DNA from: Chloroflexota bacterium
GTDB taxonomy: Bacteria; Chloroflexota; Anaerolineae; J102
Assembly (NCBI GenBank): GCA_013152585.1
Contig: JAADGC010000177.1
Coordinates: forward strand, 1-55,900
Length of the DNA: 55,900 bases
Direction of reading: 5' to 3'
The notes beneath the pieces are model-generated. The model did not search any database. It was not told the DNA's origin and saw only the letters and a list, made by a program, of their open reading frames with translations. The position numbers were made by a program, and so were the translations under genes. This document shows, piece by piece, positions 34,848-44,427 of the stretch. Every line of letters begins with the position of its first letter. Positions within the stretch are counted from its first letter, which is position 1.

Positions 34848-37106
34848 ATGGCAGCGTATACGCCCCCCACAATTCAAGAATTGATGGCCAAGCTGACCTA
34901 CCTGGGGCCGGACGAGTTGATCCTTGTGCGTCGCGCCTATGATGTGGCCGAGCAAGCTCATCGCGGGCAGAAGCGCAGCTCGGGCGAAGATTACGTGACC
35001 CATCCCCTGGCTGTCACGGATATCCTGGCCGATTTACACAGCGACGCCGAAACCCTGGCCGCCGGCTTGCTGCATGATGTGGTGGAAGACTGCGAGATCA
35101 CGCCGGAACAACTGGAAGAGCAATTTGGCTTGTTGGTACGCCGTATGGTTGTGGGAGTAACGAAATTATCCAAGGACACGCGTCGTGAGCTTGAGCCCAC
35201 CGACAATCATGGCAATCGCGTCAGGGGTTTGGGGTCACATGGAGACAAGCTGCCACTGGCCCCCACGCGCCAGAACGAGTGGGCTGAGAACATGCGCCAG
35301 CTTTTCATGAGTTCGGTGGATCATCCGCTTATTCTGGTCATCAAGCTGGCCGACCGCCTCCATAACATGCGGACTTTGCAGGGGCACCCCAGGGAAGACA
35401 AGCGTCGGCGTATCGCCCAGGAAACAATGAACATTTTTGCGCCCGTGGCCAACCGTCTGGGGATGTGGCAGATCAAATGGGAGTTGGAAGATCTGGCTTT
35501 CCGGCATTTGCAGCCCGAGGTCTATCAGGACCTGAAAGATCAGTTGAATCAGAGGCGACGCCAACGCGAACAATTTGTGCAACAAGTGATCGAACTCATC
35601 CAGGCCGATCTGCAGGCTGCGGGAATCAAGGGCGAAGTGACCGGCCGCCCCAAGCATATTTATTCGATCTGGCGCAAGATGCAGCGTAAAGGCATCCCTT
35701 TTGAAAAGGTCTATGATATTCACGGCTTCCGCGTGCTGGTCGAAGGTGTCGGCGATTGTTACAGTGTTTTGGGCTTGATTCATAATCGTTGGATGCCGAT
35801 TCCCGGTGAATTTGATGATTACATCGCCCGCCCCAAAGAGAACGGGTATCAATCATTGCACACGGCAGTTGTGGGGCCAAGCAAGGTGCACATGGAGGTG
35901 CAGATTCGTACCCACGAAATGCACCAACTGGCAGAGCAAGGTGTGGCGGCCCACTGGCGCTATAAGGAGGGGGGGCAAAAACACTCTGCGGAATTCGCCA
36001 ACAAGGTGGCCTGGTTACGGGCGTTGATGAGCTATGAAGAGGATACGCCCAGCGCCGCCGAACTGATGGAAGATATGCGCGAAGACCTGTTTGGCGACCG
36101 CGTGTACGTGTTTACCCCCGCCGGTGATCTGCTGAGCCTGCCGGCAGGGGCCACACCCATCGATTTTGCATATCGTATTCACACCGAGGTGGGGAATCGC
36201 TGCCGCGGTGCCCGCGTGAATGGGAAATTGGTGCGGCTGGACCATCAGCTCAAAAATCGGGACCAGGTGGAAATTATTACCGCCAAACGCGGGGGGCCCA
36301 GCCGTGATTGGCTGAATAAGAACCTGGGCTTCGTGAAGACGCGACGGGCCCGCGCCAAAATCAAGGCCTGGTTCCGCAAACAAGACCGCGACCTGAATAT
36401 TGCCGCCGGGCGCCAGGCCCTGGACCGATTGCTCAAGCAGCTTAATCTGCGCTCGGTGAGTTTCGAACAGGTCGCCAAAGAGTTCGAGAATGAGTACGAT
36501 GATCTGGAAGATTTCCTGGCCGCCATCGGCTATGGCGACATCTCCATCGAACACGTGACCGGTAAAGTGCTGGCCAGCCAGAATAAATCTCGCGAGCTTA
36601 GCGCCGATGACCGCCTGGATTTACCAGAAGAGGCGCCAGCGCCGACGCCTGTGAACGGCACCGAAGTACGCGTATTGGGTGTGGAAGGCCTGCTGACCAG
36701 GTTAGCGCAATGCTGTAACCCGTCGCCGGGCCAGCCCATTATCGGTTATGTCACCCGGGGGCGGGGGGTGACGATTCACCGCGCGGATTGCCCCAACGTC
36801 ATCAATCGCGTTGAGCCCGAACGCCTGATCCATGTGGAATGGGGGGGAGTGACGCCCACGCATCCCGTGCCATTGTTGATCCAGGCCTGGAACCGGGCTG
36901 GTTTGCTGCGCGATATAGCAGGTGTGGTGGCAGCAGAAGGCGTCAACATCAGCACCACCAGCTCCGATGCCTCGCAGAAAAATCCCACAGCCCAAATTCA
37001 CCTGACACTTAATGTCAAAGATGCCCATCAACTGGCGCGGCTCATCACCCGGTTGGGCCGGGTGCCCAGCGTGATTTCCGTAGAGCGGGCCCGGTCGTCG
37101 CTCTAA
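34848..37106 (+). CDS. rel: Bifunctional RelA/SpoT-family (p)ppGpp synthetase/hydrolase
   Basis: HD hydrolase (HPLAVTDILA...LLHDVVED), synthetase (GRPKHIYSIWRKMQRK...HGFRVLV), and TGS and ACT-like C-terminal domains. Confidence 0.9.
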   Translation: MAAYTPPTIQELMAKLTYLGPDELILVRRAYDVAEQAHRGQKRSSGEDYVTHPLAVTDILADLHSDAETLAAGLLHDVVEDCEITPEQLEEQFGLLVRRMVVGVTKLSKDTRRELEPTDNHGNRVRGLGSHGDKLPLAPTRQNEWAENMRQLFMSSVDHPLILVIKLADRLHNMRTLQGHPREDKRRRIAQETMNIFAPVANRLGMWQIKWELEDLAFRHLQPEVYQDLKDQLNQRRRQREQFVQQVIELIQADLQAAGIKGEVTGRPKHIYSIWRKMQRKGIPFEKVYDIHGFRVLVEGVGDCYSVLGLIHNRWMPIPGEFDDYIARPKENGYQSLHTAVVGPSKVHMEVQIRTHEMHQLAEQGVAAHWRYKEGGQKHSAEFANKVAWLRALMSYEEDTPSAAELMEDMREDLFGDRVYVFTPAGDLLSLPAGATPIDFAYRIHTEVGNRCRGARVNGKLVRLDHQLKNRDQVEIITAKRGGPSRDWLNKNLGFVKTRRARAKIKAWFRKQDRDLNIAAGRQALDRLLKQLNLRSVSFEQVAKEFENEYDDLEDFLAAIGYGDISIEHVTGKVLASQNKSRELSADDRLDLPEEAPAPTPVNGTEVRVLGVEGLLTRLAQCCNPSPGQPIIGYVTRGRGVTIHRADCPNVINRVEPERLIHVEWGGVTPTHPVPLLIQAWNRAGLLRDIAGVVAAEGVNISTTSSDASQKNPTAQIHLTLNVKDAHQLARLITRLGRVPSVISVERARSSL

Positions 37107-37271
37107 GGAACTGGCGTCTGGCGAAAATGACACCGGCAGCTTCCCAAAGCATTTTTAGCCACAGATTTCGTCACTGTCTGGCGAAGCTTCGCCTCAAACC
37201 GCCAAGAGTGGGGACGCGGACCAGCGCCGAAACGCGGATAAATACAGACGTGCAACACGAACTATTCCAGT

Positions 37272-37300
37272 TTGCCTCCAGCGCCCGCCTTCGTTAAAAT
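37272..37300 (+). promoter_or_regulatory. Promoter abutting the mutS ATG (candidate leaderless transcript)
   Basis: TTGCCT, 17 nt, TAAAAT, then 7 nt to the ATG at 37308, with no SD. Confidence 0.5.
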
Positions 37301-37307
37301 CAGACCC

Positions 37308-39860
37308 ATGTCAACCCCCATGCGTCGTCAATACCTACGGATCAAAAAACAATATCCCGATGCCATTTTGTTCTTCCGCCTGGGTGACTTTTACGAAACA
37401 TTCGACGAAGATGCCAAGATCGTCGCCGAAGTAGGTGAGGTCACGCTTACCAGCCGCCCCGTCAGCAAAGGACAACGTGTGCCCCTGGCCGGTGTGCCCT
37501 GGCACAGCGCCGAGACCTACATTGCCAAACTCGTCAACGCTGGCTACAAAGTCGCCATCTGTGAGCAGGTGGGCGAGGTGGGCAATGGTCTGGTAGATCG
37601 CGACGTCATTCGCGTGATCACCCCCGGCACGCTGGTGGAACCCGGCCTGCTGGACGAGCGCAAAAACAATTACATTGCCGCCCTCATTTTCGAAGGCGGC
37701 CAGCGCGCCGGCCTGGCATACGCGGATATCACCACCGGCGAATTCGCCGTCACCGAGATCGGTGGCGCCGATGTGGCTCGCCGCGCCCAGGAAGAATTGG
37801 CCCGCCTGGCTCCGGCCGAAGTGCTCATTCCCGACAGCGGGGGCTACCCCGTCATCGCCGAACAGTATCACACCACGCCCTACGACGCCTGGCGCTACGA
37901 AACCGAGGCTGCCCGTCAGGCCCTGCTCGACTACTACGGCGTCAGCACCCTGGCCGGTTTTGGTTGCGAGGGCCTGCCGCCGGCGATTTCCGCTGCCGGC
38001 GCTCTCATTGCTTATCTGCACGAAACCCAAAAGCAGGTTCTGGGTCAATTGCTGGCCCTGCACACGTACAGCATCGACGCCTACATGCTGCTCGATCCGG
38101 CCACCCGGCGCAACCTGGAGCTGGTGGAGACCCTGCGCGAGGGTCAGCGCAAAGGCTCGATGCTCTGGGTGCTCGACAGAACCCGCACCGCCATGGGCGG
38201 ACGTTTGCTGCGCCGTCGCCTCAGTCAGCCTCTGCTCAATGTCGAAGCGCTGAACCAGCGCCTGGACGCGGTCGAGACCTGGGGCAACGCCGGCATGGAG
38301 CGGGCCGAACTGCGCGAGCTGTTGCACCGGATCGGCGATATCGAACGCTGGACCAACCGCTGCATCCAGAAGATCGCCCTGCCGCGGGATATGGTGGGGC
38401 TCAGAGAAAGCCTGAACGCATTACCCAAAGTGCGGGAGATTGCCGAAAGGGTGGGGCAAGCCGCAGGACTGGACTTGTGCAGCGAGGCGTTGCAGTTGCT
38501 CGTGGCCGCCATCTCTGAGGAGCCGCCCGCCACGTTGGCCACAGGCGGCGTCATCCGTCCCGGCTATAACGCCGAGCTGGATAGCATCACTCTGGCCGCC
38601 AAGGATGCCCGCGCCTATATCGCAGGCCTGGAAAAACACGAACGCGAACGCACCGGCATTCAAAAGCTCAAGGTGGGTTACAACAAGGTATTCGGCTATT
38701 ATCTGGAAGTGACAAAGGCCAACACCTCTCTGGTGCCCGATGACTACATCCGCAAACAGACGCTGGTCAATGCCGAACGCTATATCACGCCCGAACTCAA
38801 AGAATACGAATCGCTGATCCTCAATGCCCAGGAACGCCTGCTCGATCTCGAAACCCAGATCTATCGCGGCGTTGTGAATCAAATAGCCGATATGGCGCCG
38901 CGGCTGCTGGCTATGGCTGCGGCCCTCGCCGCTCTCGACGTGCAGAGTGCCCTGGCCGAGGTGGCGGTGAATAATCGCTATGTGCGCCCGCAGTTAAGCG
39001 ATGATCTAATCCTCGACATCCGCGGCGGCCGACATCCGGTAGTGGAGCTGACGCAACGCTCCCAAGCCTTCACCCCCAACAATACTTATCTCGATGCTGA
39101 CAGCGCCATCATTATCCTCACCGGACCGAATATGGCCGGTAAATCGACTTTCCTGCGCCAGGTTGCGCTCATCGCCCTCATGGCCCAAATCGGCTCTTTT
39201 GTTCCTGCTGACGCCGCCCACATTGGCCTTGTGGACCGCATCTTCACCCGCATCGGCGCTCAGGACGAAATCCACAGCGGTCAGTCTACCTTTATGGTGG
39301 AAATGGTGGAGACCGCCAATATCCTCAATCACGCCAGCGAGCGCTCTTTACTCATCCTCGATGAACTGGGCCGCGGCACCAGCACCTACGACGGCATGGC
39401 CATTGCCTGGGCTGTGATCGAATTCATTCACAGCCACCCCAAGCTGCGCTCTCGCACCCTCTTTGCCACGCATTATCACGAGCTGACCGCCCTGGCCGAA
39501 CGCCTGCCGCATGTCGTCAATCAGCATGTGGCCGTGGCCGAGCAGGGGGACACGGTGGTTTTCCTGCACGAAATCCGTTCCGGCGGCGCCGACAAGTCCT
39601 ACGGCATCCACGTGGCCCAACTGGCTGGCTTGCCCAAGCAGGTCATCGTCCGCGCCAACGAGATTATGCAACAACTGGAGCGCCAGTCTGCCGAAAATGG
39701 CACGCTCAGCATCGAAGGCAGTCCCATGCAGCTCGATCTGTTCAACGAAGGCCCGGATGCCATCCGCCAGGAGATCGAAAACGTGGATGTGAACACGATG
39801 ACGCCGTTGGAAGCGCTGAATTTTTTGTACACCTTGCAGCAAAAGGCCCGGCGACAGTAG
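37308..39860 (+). CDS. mutS: DNA mismatch repair protein MutS
   Basis: FFRLGDFYETF mismatch-binding motif, Walker A GPNMAGKSTFLRQ, STFMVEM, DELGRGTSTYDG. The track start at 37272 is a TTG. Confidence 0.9.
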   Translation: MSTPMRRQYLRIKKQYPDAILFFRLGDFYETFDEDAKIVAEVGEVTLTSRPVSKGQRVPLAGVPWHSAETYIAKLVNAGYKVAICEQVGEVGNGLVDRDVIRVITPGTLVEPGLLDERKNNYIAALIFEGGQRAGLAYADITTGEFAVTEIGGADVARRAQEELARLAPAEVLIPDSGGYPVIAEQYHTTPYDAWRYETEAARQALLDYYGVSTLAGFGCEGLPPAISAAGALIAYLHETQKQVLGQLLALHTYSIDAYMLLDPATRRNLELVETLREGQRKGSMLWVLDRTRTAMGGRLLRRRLSQPLLNVEALNQRLDAVETWGNAGMERAELRELLHRIGDIERWTNRCIQKIALPRDMVGLRESLNALPKVREIAERVGQAAGLDLCSEALQLLVAAISEEPPATLATGGVIRPGYNAELDSITLAAKDARAYIAGLEKHERERTGIQKLKVGYNKVFGYYLEVTKANTSLVPDDYIRKQTLVNAERYITPELKEYESLILNAQERLLDLETQIYRGVVNQIADMAPRLLAMAAALAALDVQSALAEVAVNNRYVRPQLSDDLILDIRGGRHPVVELTQRSQAFTPNNTYLDADSAIIILTGPNMAGKSTFLRQVALIALMAQIGSFVPADAAHIGLVDRIFTRIGAQDEIHSGQSTFMVEMVETANILNHASERSLLILDELGRGTSTYDGMAIAWAVIEFIHSHPKLRSRTLFATHYHELTALAERLPHVVNQHVAVAEQGDTVVFLHEIRSGGADKSYGIHVAQLAGLPKQVIVRANEIMQQLERQSAENGTLSIEGSPMQLDLFNEGPDAIRQEIENVDVNTMTPLEALNFLYTLQQKARRQ

Positions 39861-39861
39861 C

Positions 39862-39887
39862 TTTTTAAGTGCGTCGCACGACCTGCT
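39862..39887 (+). repeat. Left copy of the 26-nt direct repeat bracketing the hydrolase cassette
   Basis: TTTTTAAGTGCGTCGCACGACCTGCT matches 40976-41001 at 23 of 26 positions by hand alignment. The core TAAGTGCGTCGCACG is identical and contains the palindrome GTGCG-T-CGCAC. Confidence 0.85.
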
Positions 39888-40009
39888 GGCGCGATGCACC
39901 AACCTACTAAACTTTTTGAATGTCGCTATTCCGAACTCGCACCCTATTTCGCGGCGTTGCCCATGGCGCAGCCATTCCACTTGACGCCCAATTGGGCGGT
40001 CATTTCACT

Positions 40010-40822
40010 TCATTGTAATTCATCACGAAGAACTCTATAAAACTTATCTTTCGCCTGTCGTTCGATCCAAGGCGTGTGTCCGCAGTTCCTGAGCAGGATG
40101 AACCGAAAGCCCTTGAGAGTAGCAGACAGAGGCTTTTGCACCCCTTCAGCCGGATGGGGATCGTAGTCTCCGTGAATCGCAATAACCGGACATTTGATTT
40201 GTTTTCCGAGTTCCAGAAGCTCCCCGCTCCTTCTCAACTCCGCCGCCTCCTTCCACACGCCCTGAAAGATATCACCCTGACTACCGACCAAACCGGATTC
40301 TTCTAATTCGGCTATGATTGGATCATACTCGTCGGTTTTTGAAGCTAATGCTCCAAGCCGCGCAAATAACGTGTCTTTATCCACGGTCGCAGGATCCGTT
40401 AAAGCCCTGATGGTAGACTCAAACTCTGTTCTTTCTTCTTCACTGAGACGGCTTAACCTGGTCTTTTGAAGTCTCGCAACATACTTCTCTTCATAGGGGC
40501 CACTGCTGACAAGGATCAGCTTCTTGATGATGGTGGGATAATGAGCAGCAACGATAAAACTGAGCCAGGCTCCCCAAGAAAAACCTATCAAGGTGACAGG
40601 AAGGTCTCCGTAGTTTTGCAGAACTGTTCTTAACTCCTCGACCTGTCCTTTAAGTGATGTCGCTGTTTGAATCGGTTCCAATACACCCCAGCCGGACGCG
40701 AGTCTACGGGCTACTGGGGCCATCTCTCCGCCGGCACCTGGTCCTCCGTGAATGACTGCAATTTTGCAGGATTCTTTTCCATATGTTCGTAAATTTTTCA
40801 ACTTTTCTTTATGCGTTTGCAA
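40010..40822 (-). CDS. Alpha/beta-fold hydrolase (proline-iminopeptidase-like)
   Basis: HGGPGAGG oxyanion-type motif, nucleophile elbow GFSWGAW, late HGDYDPH and GHTPW. The start is a TTG and the next in-frame ATG is 33 codons in. G+C is visibly lower than in the flanks. Confidence 0.75.
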   Translation of the reverse strand: MQTHKEKLKNLRTYGKESCKIAVIHGGPGAGGEMAPVARRLASGWGVLEPIQTATSLKGQVEELRTVLQNYGDLPVTLIGFSWGAWLSFIVAAHYPTIIKKLILVSSGPYEEKYVARLQKTRLSRLSEEERTEFESTIRALTDPATVDKDTLFARLGALASKTDEYDPIIAELEESGLVGSQGDIFQGVWKEAAELRRSGELLELGKQIKCPVIAIHGDYDPHPAEGVQKPLSATLKGFRFILLRNCGHTPWIERQAKDKFYRVLRDELQ

Positions 40823-40975
40823 ATTATTATGGTTTACCGCCTAACGATTTAAAGATTGACGTGGGGCGTGGCCAACACACGCCACCAAAAACATGGGACG
40901 CACCCTTGCCAGGGACACCGGTTGATCGCCGCCGCATTCAGCCATGAGCAACGGGCTGGAAGACGCCAGTGCCAG

Positions 40976-41001
40976 TTTATAAGTGCGTCGCACGGACTGC
41001 T
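40976..41001 (+). repeat. Right copy of the 26-nt direct repeat
   Basis: TTTATAAGTGCGTCGCACGGACTGCT abuts the stop of the convergent GT4 gene. Confidence 0.85.
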
Positions 41002-42213
41002 TTACGACGCTAACAGGCTCTCATACACCGCGATCGTCTGCTGCGCCACCCGGTCCCAGCCATACCGTGCCATCACGTGTTGCCGGGCGGTTTCGGCCCG
41101 ACGTTGGGCCTCGTGCGGATGGTGGAGCACCTGCAGGATGCCTGAGGCCAGTGTGTCGGCGCGGCCCGGTTCCACACACCACCCCGTGACGCCATGTTCG
41201 ACCACTTCCTGCAAACCGCCCACCTTTGTTACCACGACCGGTACGCCAGCCACCATGGCCTCCAGGGCCACGATCCCGAAGGGCTCGTAGCGGCTGGGGA
41301 AAACGGCCACGTCGGCGGCGGCATAAAAACGCTGCCGATCGGCGTCGCTGATAAATCCCGGAAGTACGACATGTGCGGCCAGATCCAGTTGGTCGATCAG
41401 GCGACGCAGATGCTCGTCAAAGGGGCCTTTGCCAGCCAGCACGGCCTTGGCGTCCGGAAAATGTTGTAAAATCTCGGGCATGGCCGCGAGTAGTAAATCA
41501 GGCCCTTTATCGCCCACCAGCCGACCCACAAAGAACAGCATGGGGGCATCGGCCGCGACCCACTGCCGGCGCCATGCCTGCAGGGCCGGATCGTGGCGCG
41601 TTTGGCGCAGCGCCGGCATGATATCCACCCCGTTGGGCACCACGGCAATCTTCTGCGCCGGCACTGCCAGAGCGTGGCTGATTTCCTGACGCATAAATTC
41701 GCTACAGGCAATGATCTTATCGGCATGTTGCGCCAGATAGGTCTCGGCCAGATGGATGCGCTGGCTGAGGGGGTTGGCGGACACACGACCATTCATGCGT
41801 CCGTGTTCGGTGGCGTGAATGGTGATCACCAGGGGCAGGCCAAAATTGCGATGCAGATCATTGGCCACATAGCCACTCAGCCAATCATGCACGTGCAGCA
41901 CATCGTAATGCTGTCGCGGCAATAACTGCCCCCGGATGAATTCGTTCAAACGGTCATTCATCTCCCACACCTGATGATCGAACGTTTCACCGGCCTGAGG
42001 ATGCTGTGCATCCACGCGATAAAGGCGGCCGTAACGCCCCAACGATTCCTCTGCTGCCCCCAGGCGCTCAAACTGTGGCACCACCAGATGCAGCGCCAGC
42101 ACATCGGCCAGGCGTGGGGCCAGTGCCACCACATGCGAGCCTAAACCGCCCACCTTATGCAGACGAAATTCACTGGCGATCATCAGCACATGGAGCAACG
42201 CACGATCAGTCAT
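41002..42213 (-). CDS. Family-4 (GT-B) glycosyltransferase
   Basis: MTDRALLHVLMIASEF...VGGLGSHV and the EX7E region SRYEPFGIVALEAMVAGVPVV. The ATG is at 42213 (or 42225). The track ORF to 42501 is an extension into the upstream gene. Confidence 0.8.
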   Translation of the reverse strand: MTDRALLHVLMIASEFRLHKVGGLGSHVVALAPRLADVLALHLVVPQFERLGAAEESLGRYGRLYRVDAQHPQAGETFDHQVWEMNDRLNEFIRGQLLPRQHYDVLHVHDWLSGYVANDLHRNFGLPLVITIHATEHGRMNGRVSANPLSQRIHLAETYLAQHADKIIACSEFMRQEISHALAVPAQKIAVVPNGVDIMPALRQTRHDPALQAWRRQWVAADAPMLFFVGRLVGDKGPDLLLAAMPEILQHFPDAKAVLAGKGPFDEHLRRLIDQLDLAAHVVLPGFISDADRQRFYAAADVAVFPSRYEPFGIVALEAMVAGVPVVVTKVGGLQEVVEHGVTGWCVEPGRADTLASGILQVLHHPHEAQRRAETARQHVMARYGWDRVAQQTIAVYESLLAS

Positions 42214-43162
42214 GACGGGCCTCATAAGGGATACAGCATTCGGCCCCTGCGCGCTGGAAAACCTGCACGGGGGGCGCTGCGATCTGCGACAGCGCTGCGG
42301 CCATGCGGGGGCGATCAGGGGCAGCAGGGAGCAGGCGCAATGCCTCGTCGGTGGCGGCATAGGCCAGCGCCGCCATGGGCGTGGGGGCCACGCCCGCCAA
42401 CTGTTGATACGCATCCGCCCAAGACGGTGGCCACGGTGTGGGCACGGCCATGGCCCACGGTAGATGATCGGCAGCATCGCCAGCCCAGGCGACGAAGGCA
42501 TCCTCCAGCGCTACAGACCCCGCGGCGACCACTTGCTGCGGCTGTTCTTGCAGGGATTGGGCCAATGTGTAGGGATCGCCCATCCATACCACCGGCCCGT
42601 CCCCGGGCGCCGAGTAGGCCAATGGGGCAGTGATGCCAACCGCCTGCAATGCCTGCTGCACATCCGATTCCCGCCCGGCAAACGGAGCCAGGGAGGGGGG
42701 CAGGGCATCCGGCTGGGGTACCAGGCTGAGGGTGGGGAGATGGGCCGCGGCCAACGCCGGCCAGGCGGCCCGGGCGGTGTGGCCTTGGGGCGGGCCCAGC
42801 ACCAGCACGATATCGGGATCGACGGCCAGTTGCGCCGCCAATGCCGCGGCCAGCGCCGGATCGCTGTCATCGTTCAGTGCGACCAGCTCGACCCGGGGAC
42901 TGGCGGCCGCCGCATTCCACTGGCTCAGACGCAGCTTGACCGCGTAGAGCACACTGTAACCCAGAGGCCGGGAAGGCCCTTCAAAAGGGGCGATGAGGCC
43001 GATCTTGACCACGGGCGGGCTGCTGGTCGGCAGGCAGGCGGCCAACGTCGCCAGGGCGATGATCCATATCCCCAGCTTCCACACCAGCCCCAGCCGCGAG
43101 GAATTGCCCCCCTGGCCGGGAGATGCGGTGCGGTGTGGCGCAGAACGGATTGAGTGCATCAT
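42206..43162 (-). CDS. LivK-type (periplasmic-binding-protein type I) lipoprotein
   Basis: Lipobox-like LATLAAC, then VVKIGLIAPFEGPSRPLGYSVLYAVKLRLSQWN. Its end overlaps the GT4 start. Confidence 0.6.
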   Translation of the reverse strand: MMHSIRSAPHRTASPGQGGNSSRLGLVWKLGIWIIALATLAACLPTSSPPVVKIGLIAPFEGPSRPLGYSVLYAVKLRLSQWNAAAASPRVELVALNDDSDPALAAALAAQLAVDPDIVLVLGPPQGHTARAAWPALAAAHLPTLSLVPQPDALPPSLAPFAGRESDVQQALQAVGITAPLAYSAPGDGPVVWMGDPYTLAQSLQEQPQQVVAAGSVALEDAFVAWAGDAADHLPWAMAVPTPWPPSWADAYQQLAGVAPTPMAALAYAATDEALRLLPAAPDRPRMAAALSQIAAPPVQVFQRAGAECCIPYEARHD

Positions 43163-43168
43163 GCTCGT

Positions 43169-44383
43169 TTAGCGTTGGTACGTTTGCACGTTGAGTTGGT
43201 GTTCGGCGCCAGTGACCGAGAACACATGCGCTCCGCCAGAGCTGGCGACAAAGTAGCAATAGTTGGTGTCTGCCGGCGAGATCGCTGCTTGTATCGATGC
43301 CAGGCCCGGGCTGGCGATGGGGCCAGGAGGCAACCCGGGATAGAGATAGGTGTTATAGGGCGAGTTGATCTTGAGATAGTCCTGCACATCGGGCACGGTG
43401 GGCCACCAGGTTTTTTGCTCGGAGTCGTAGCCCATGGCGTACTGGGCCGTGGGGTCGGCGGCCAGATAGCCGAATACTTCGTTGGCGCAGGTTTCGCCCA
43501 GGCGATTGAGATAGGTGGAGGCGATGATGGGGCGCTCTTCGGCCAAGGCGGCTTCGCGTTCGACAATGGATGCCAAAGTGAGCACCTGATGGAAGGTGCG
43601 GCCGCTGGCAGCGATCTTCGCCCGCATTTCCGCATCCACCTTCAGCTCCAGGGTATCGAACATGACGCCCAAAATATCGGATGGGGTGGCATGGACGGGC
43701 AGGCGATAGGTATCGGGGAACAAATAGCCCTCGAACGACAGGCCGGCAGGCTTGTCTTGCAGCAAGGGATAGTCGCCCAGCCCCAGCAGGGCCGTATCGC
43801 CGGTGCGCACAGCCGCCAAAAAGTCAGCAGCCACGACAATGCCTTCGTCCTCCAGCAACAAAGCGATTTCTTCGGCCCGCCGCCCTTCTGGGATACGCAC
43901 CAGCACGTCTTCGCCGCGGGCGTTTTGCAGGGCATCAGAGATTTCAAACGCGTTCATCGCCGGTGACAGTTGAAAATCCCCCGCTTCCAGCTTCTGATCA
44001 ATGCCGTTCAGCCGCATGTACAGGCGAAAAATGCCGGCGTTTTGAATCAGGCCCAGGTCTTGCAGACGCTCGGAGATATCGTACGCGGTTTCGCCCAATT
44101 CCACACGAAAGGCGCGGGGCTGGCCGGTAGGGTCCAGCGGCTGTTCGAGAGTAGAGCGATTGAGGTTCAGATAAAAAGACAGCGCCTGCTCTTCGATGGT
44201 GTCGGGATTGAGCTTACGCCAGGGAGCATCAACATAGCGCACTTGCTTGCTGCCGCTGCCTTCGTCCTGATACGCCACCGTCTGCTGCTGTGTCCAGGCG
44301 TGGGCCATCCAGGCCACGCCGGCGATGATGATCAACACCGAGGCAAAGATGAGAAAACGCATGAAAGTGCGGATGATTTTCAT
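43169..44383 (-). CDS. mltG: Endolytic murein transglycosylase MltG (YceG family)
   Basis: N-terminal TM, ASIVEREAALAEERPIIASTYLNRL, SPYNTYLYPGLPPGPIASPG, YCYFVASSGGAHVFSVTGAEH. Confidence 0.85.
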   Translation of the reverse strand: MKIIRTFMRFLIFASVLIIIAGVAWMAHAWTQQQTVAYQDEGSGSKQVRYVDAPWRKLNPDTIEEQALSFYLNLNRSTLEQPLDPTGQPRAFRVELGETAYDISERLQDLGLIQNAGIFRLYMRLNGIDQKLEAGDFQLSPAMNAFEISDALQNARGEDVLVRIPEGRRAEEIALLLEDEGIVVAADFLAAVRTGDTALLGLGDYPLLQDKPAGLSFEGYLFPDTYRLPVHATPSDILGVMFDTLELKVDAEMRAKIAASGRTFHQVLTLASIVEREAALAEERPIIASTYLNRLGETCANEVFGYLAADPTAQYAMGYDSEQKTWWPTVPDVQDYLKINSPYNTYLYPGLPPGPIASPGLASIQAAISPADTNYCYFVASSGGAHVFSVTGAEHQLNVQTYQR

Positions 44384-44427
44384 TGGATTGGGGATTGGAG
44401 AGTTGGGCGGGGAAGTTGCTAAACGGG

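Noticed and set aside
37335-38327. 330-aa minus-strand ORF
   Set aside because: It is antisense to mutS, which has unambiguous motifs. It has no SD or promoter and is a high-G+C artefact.
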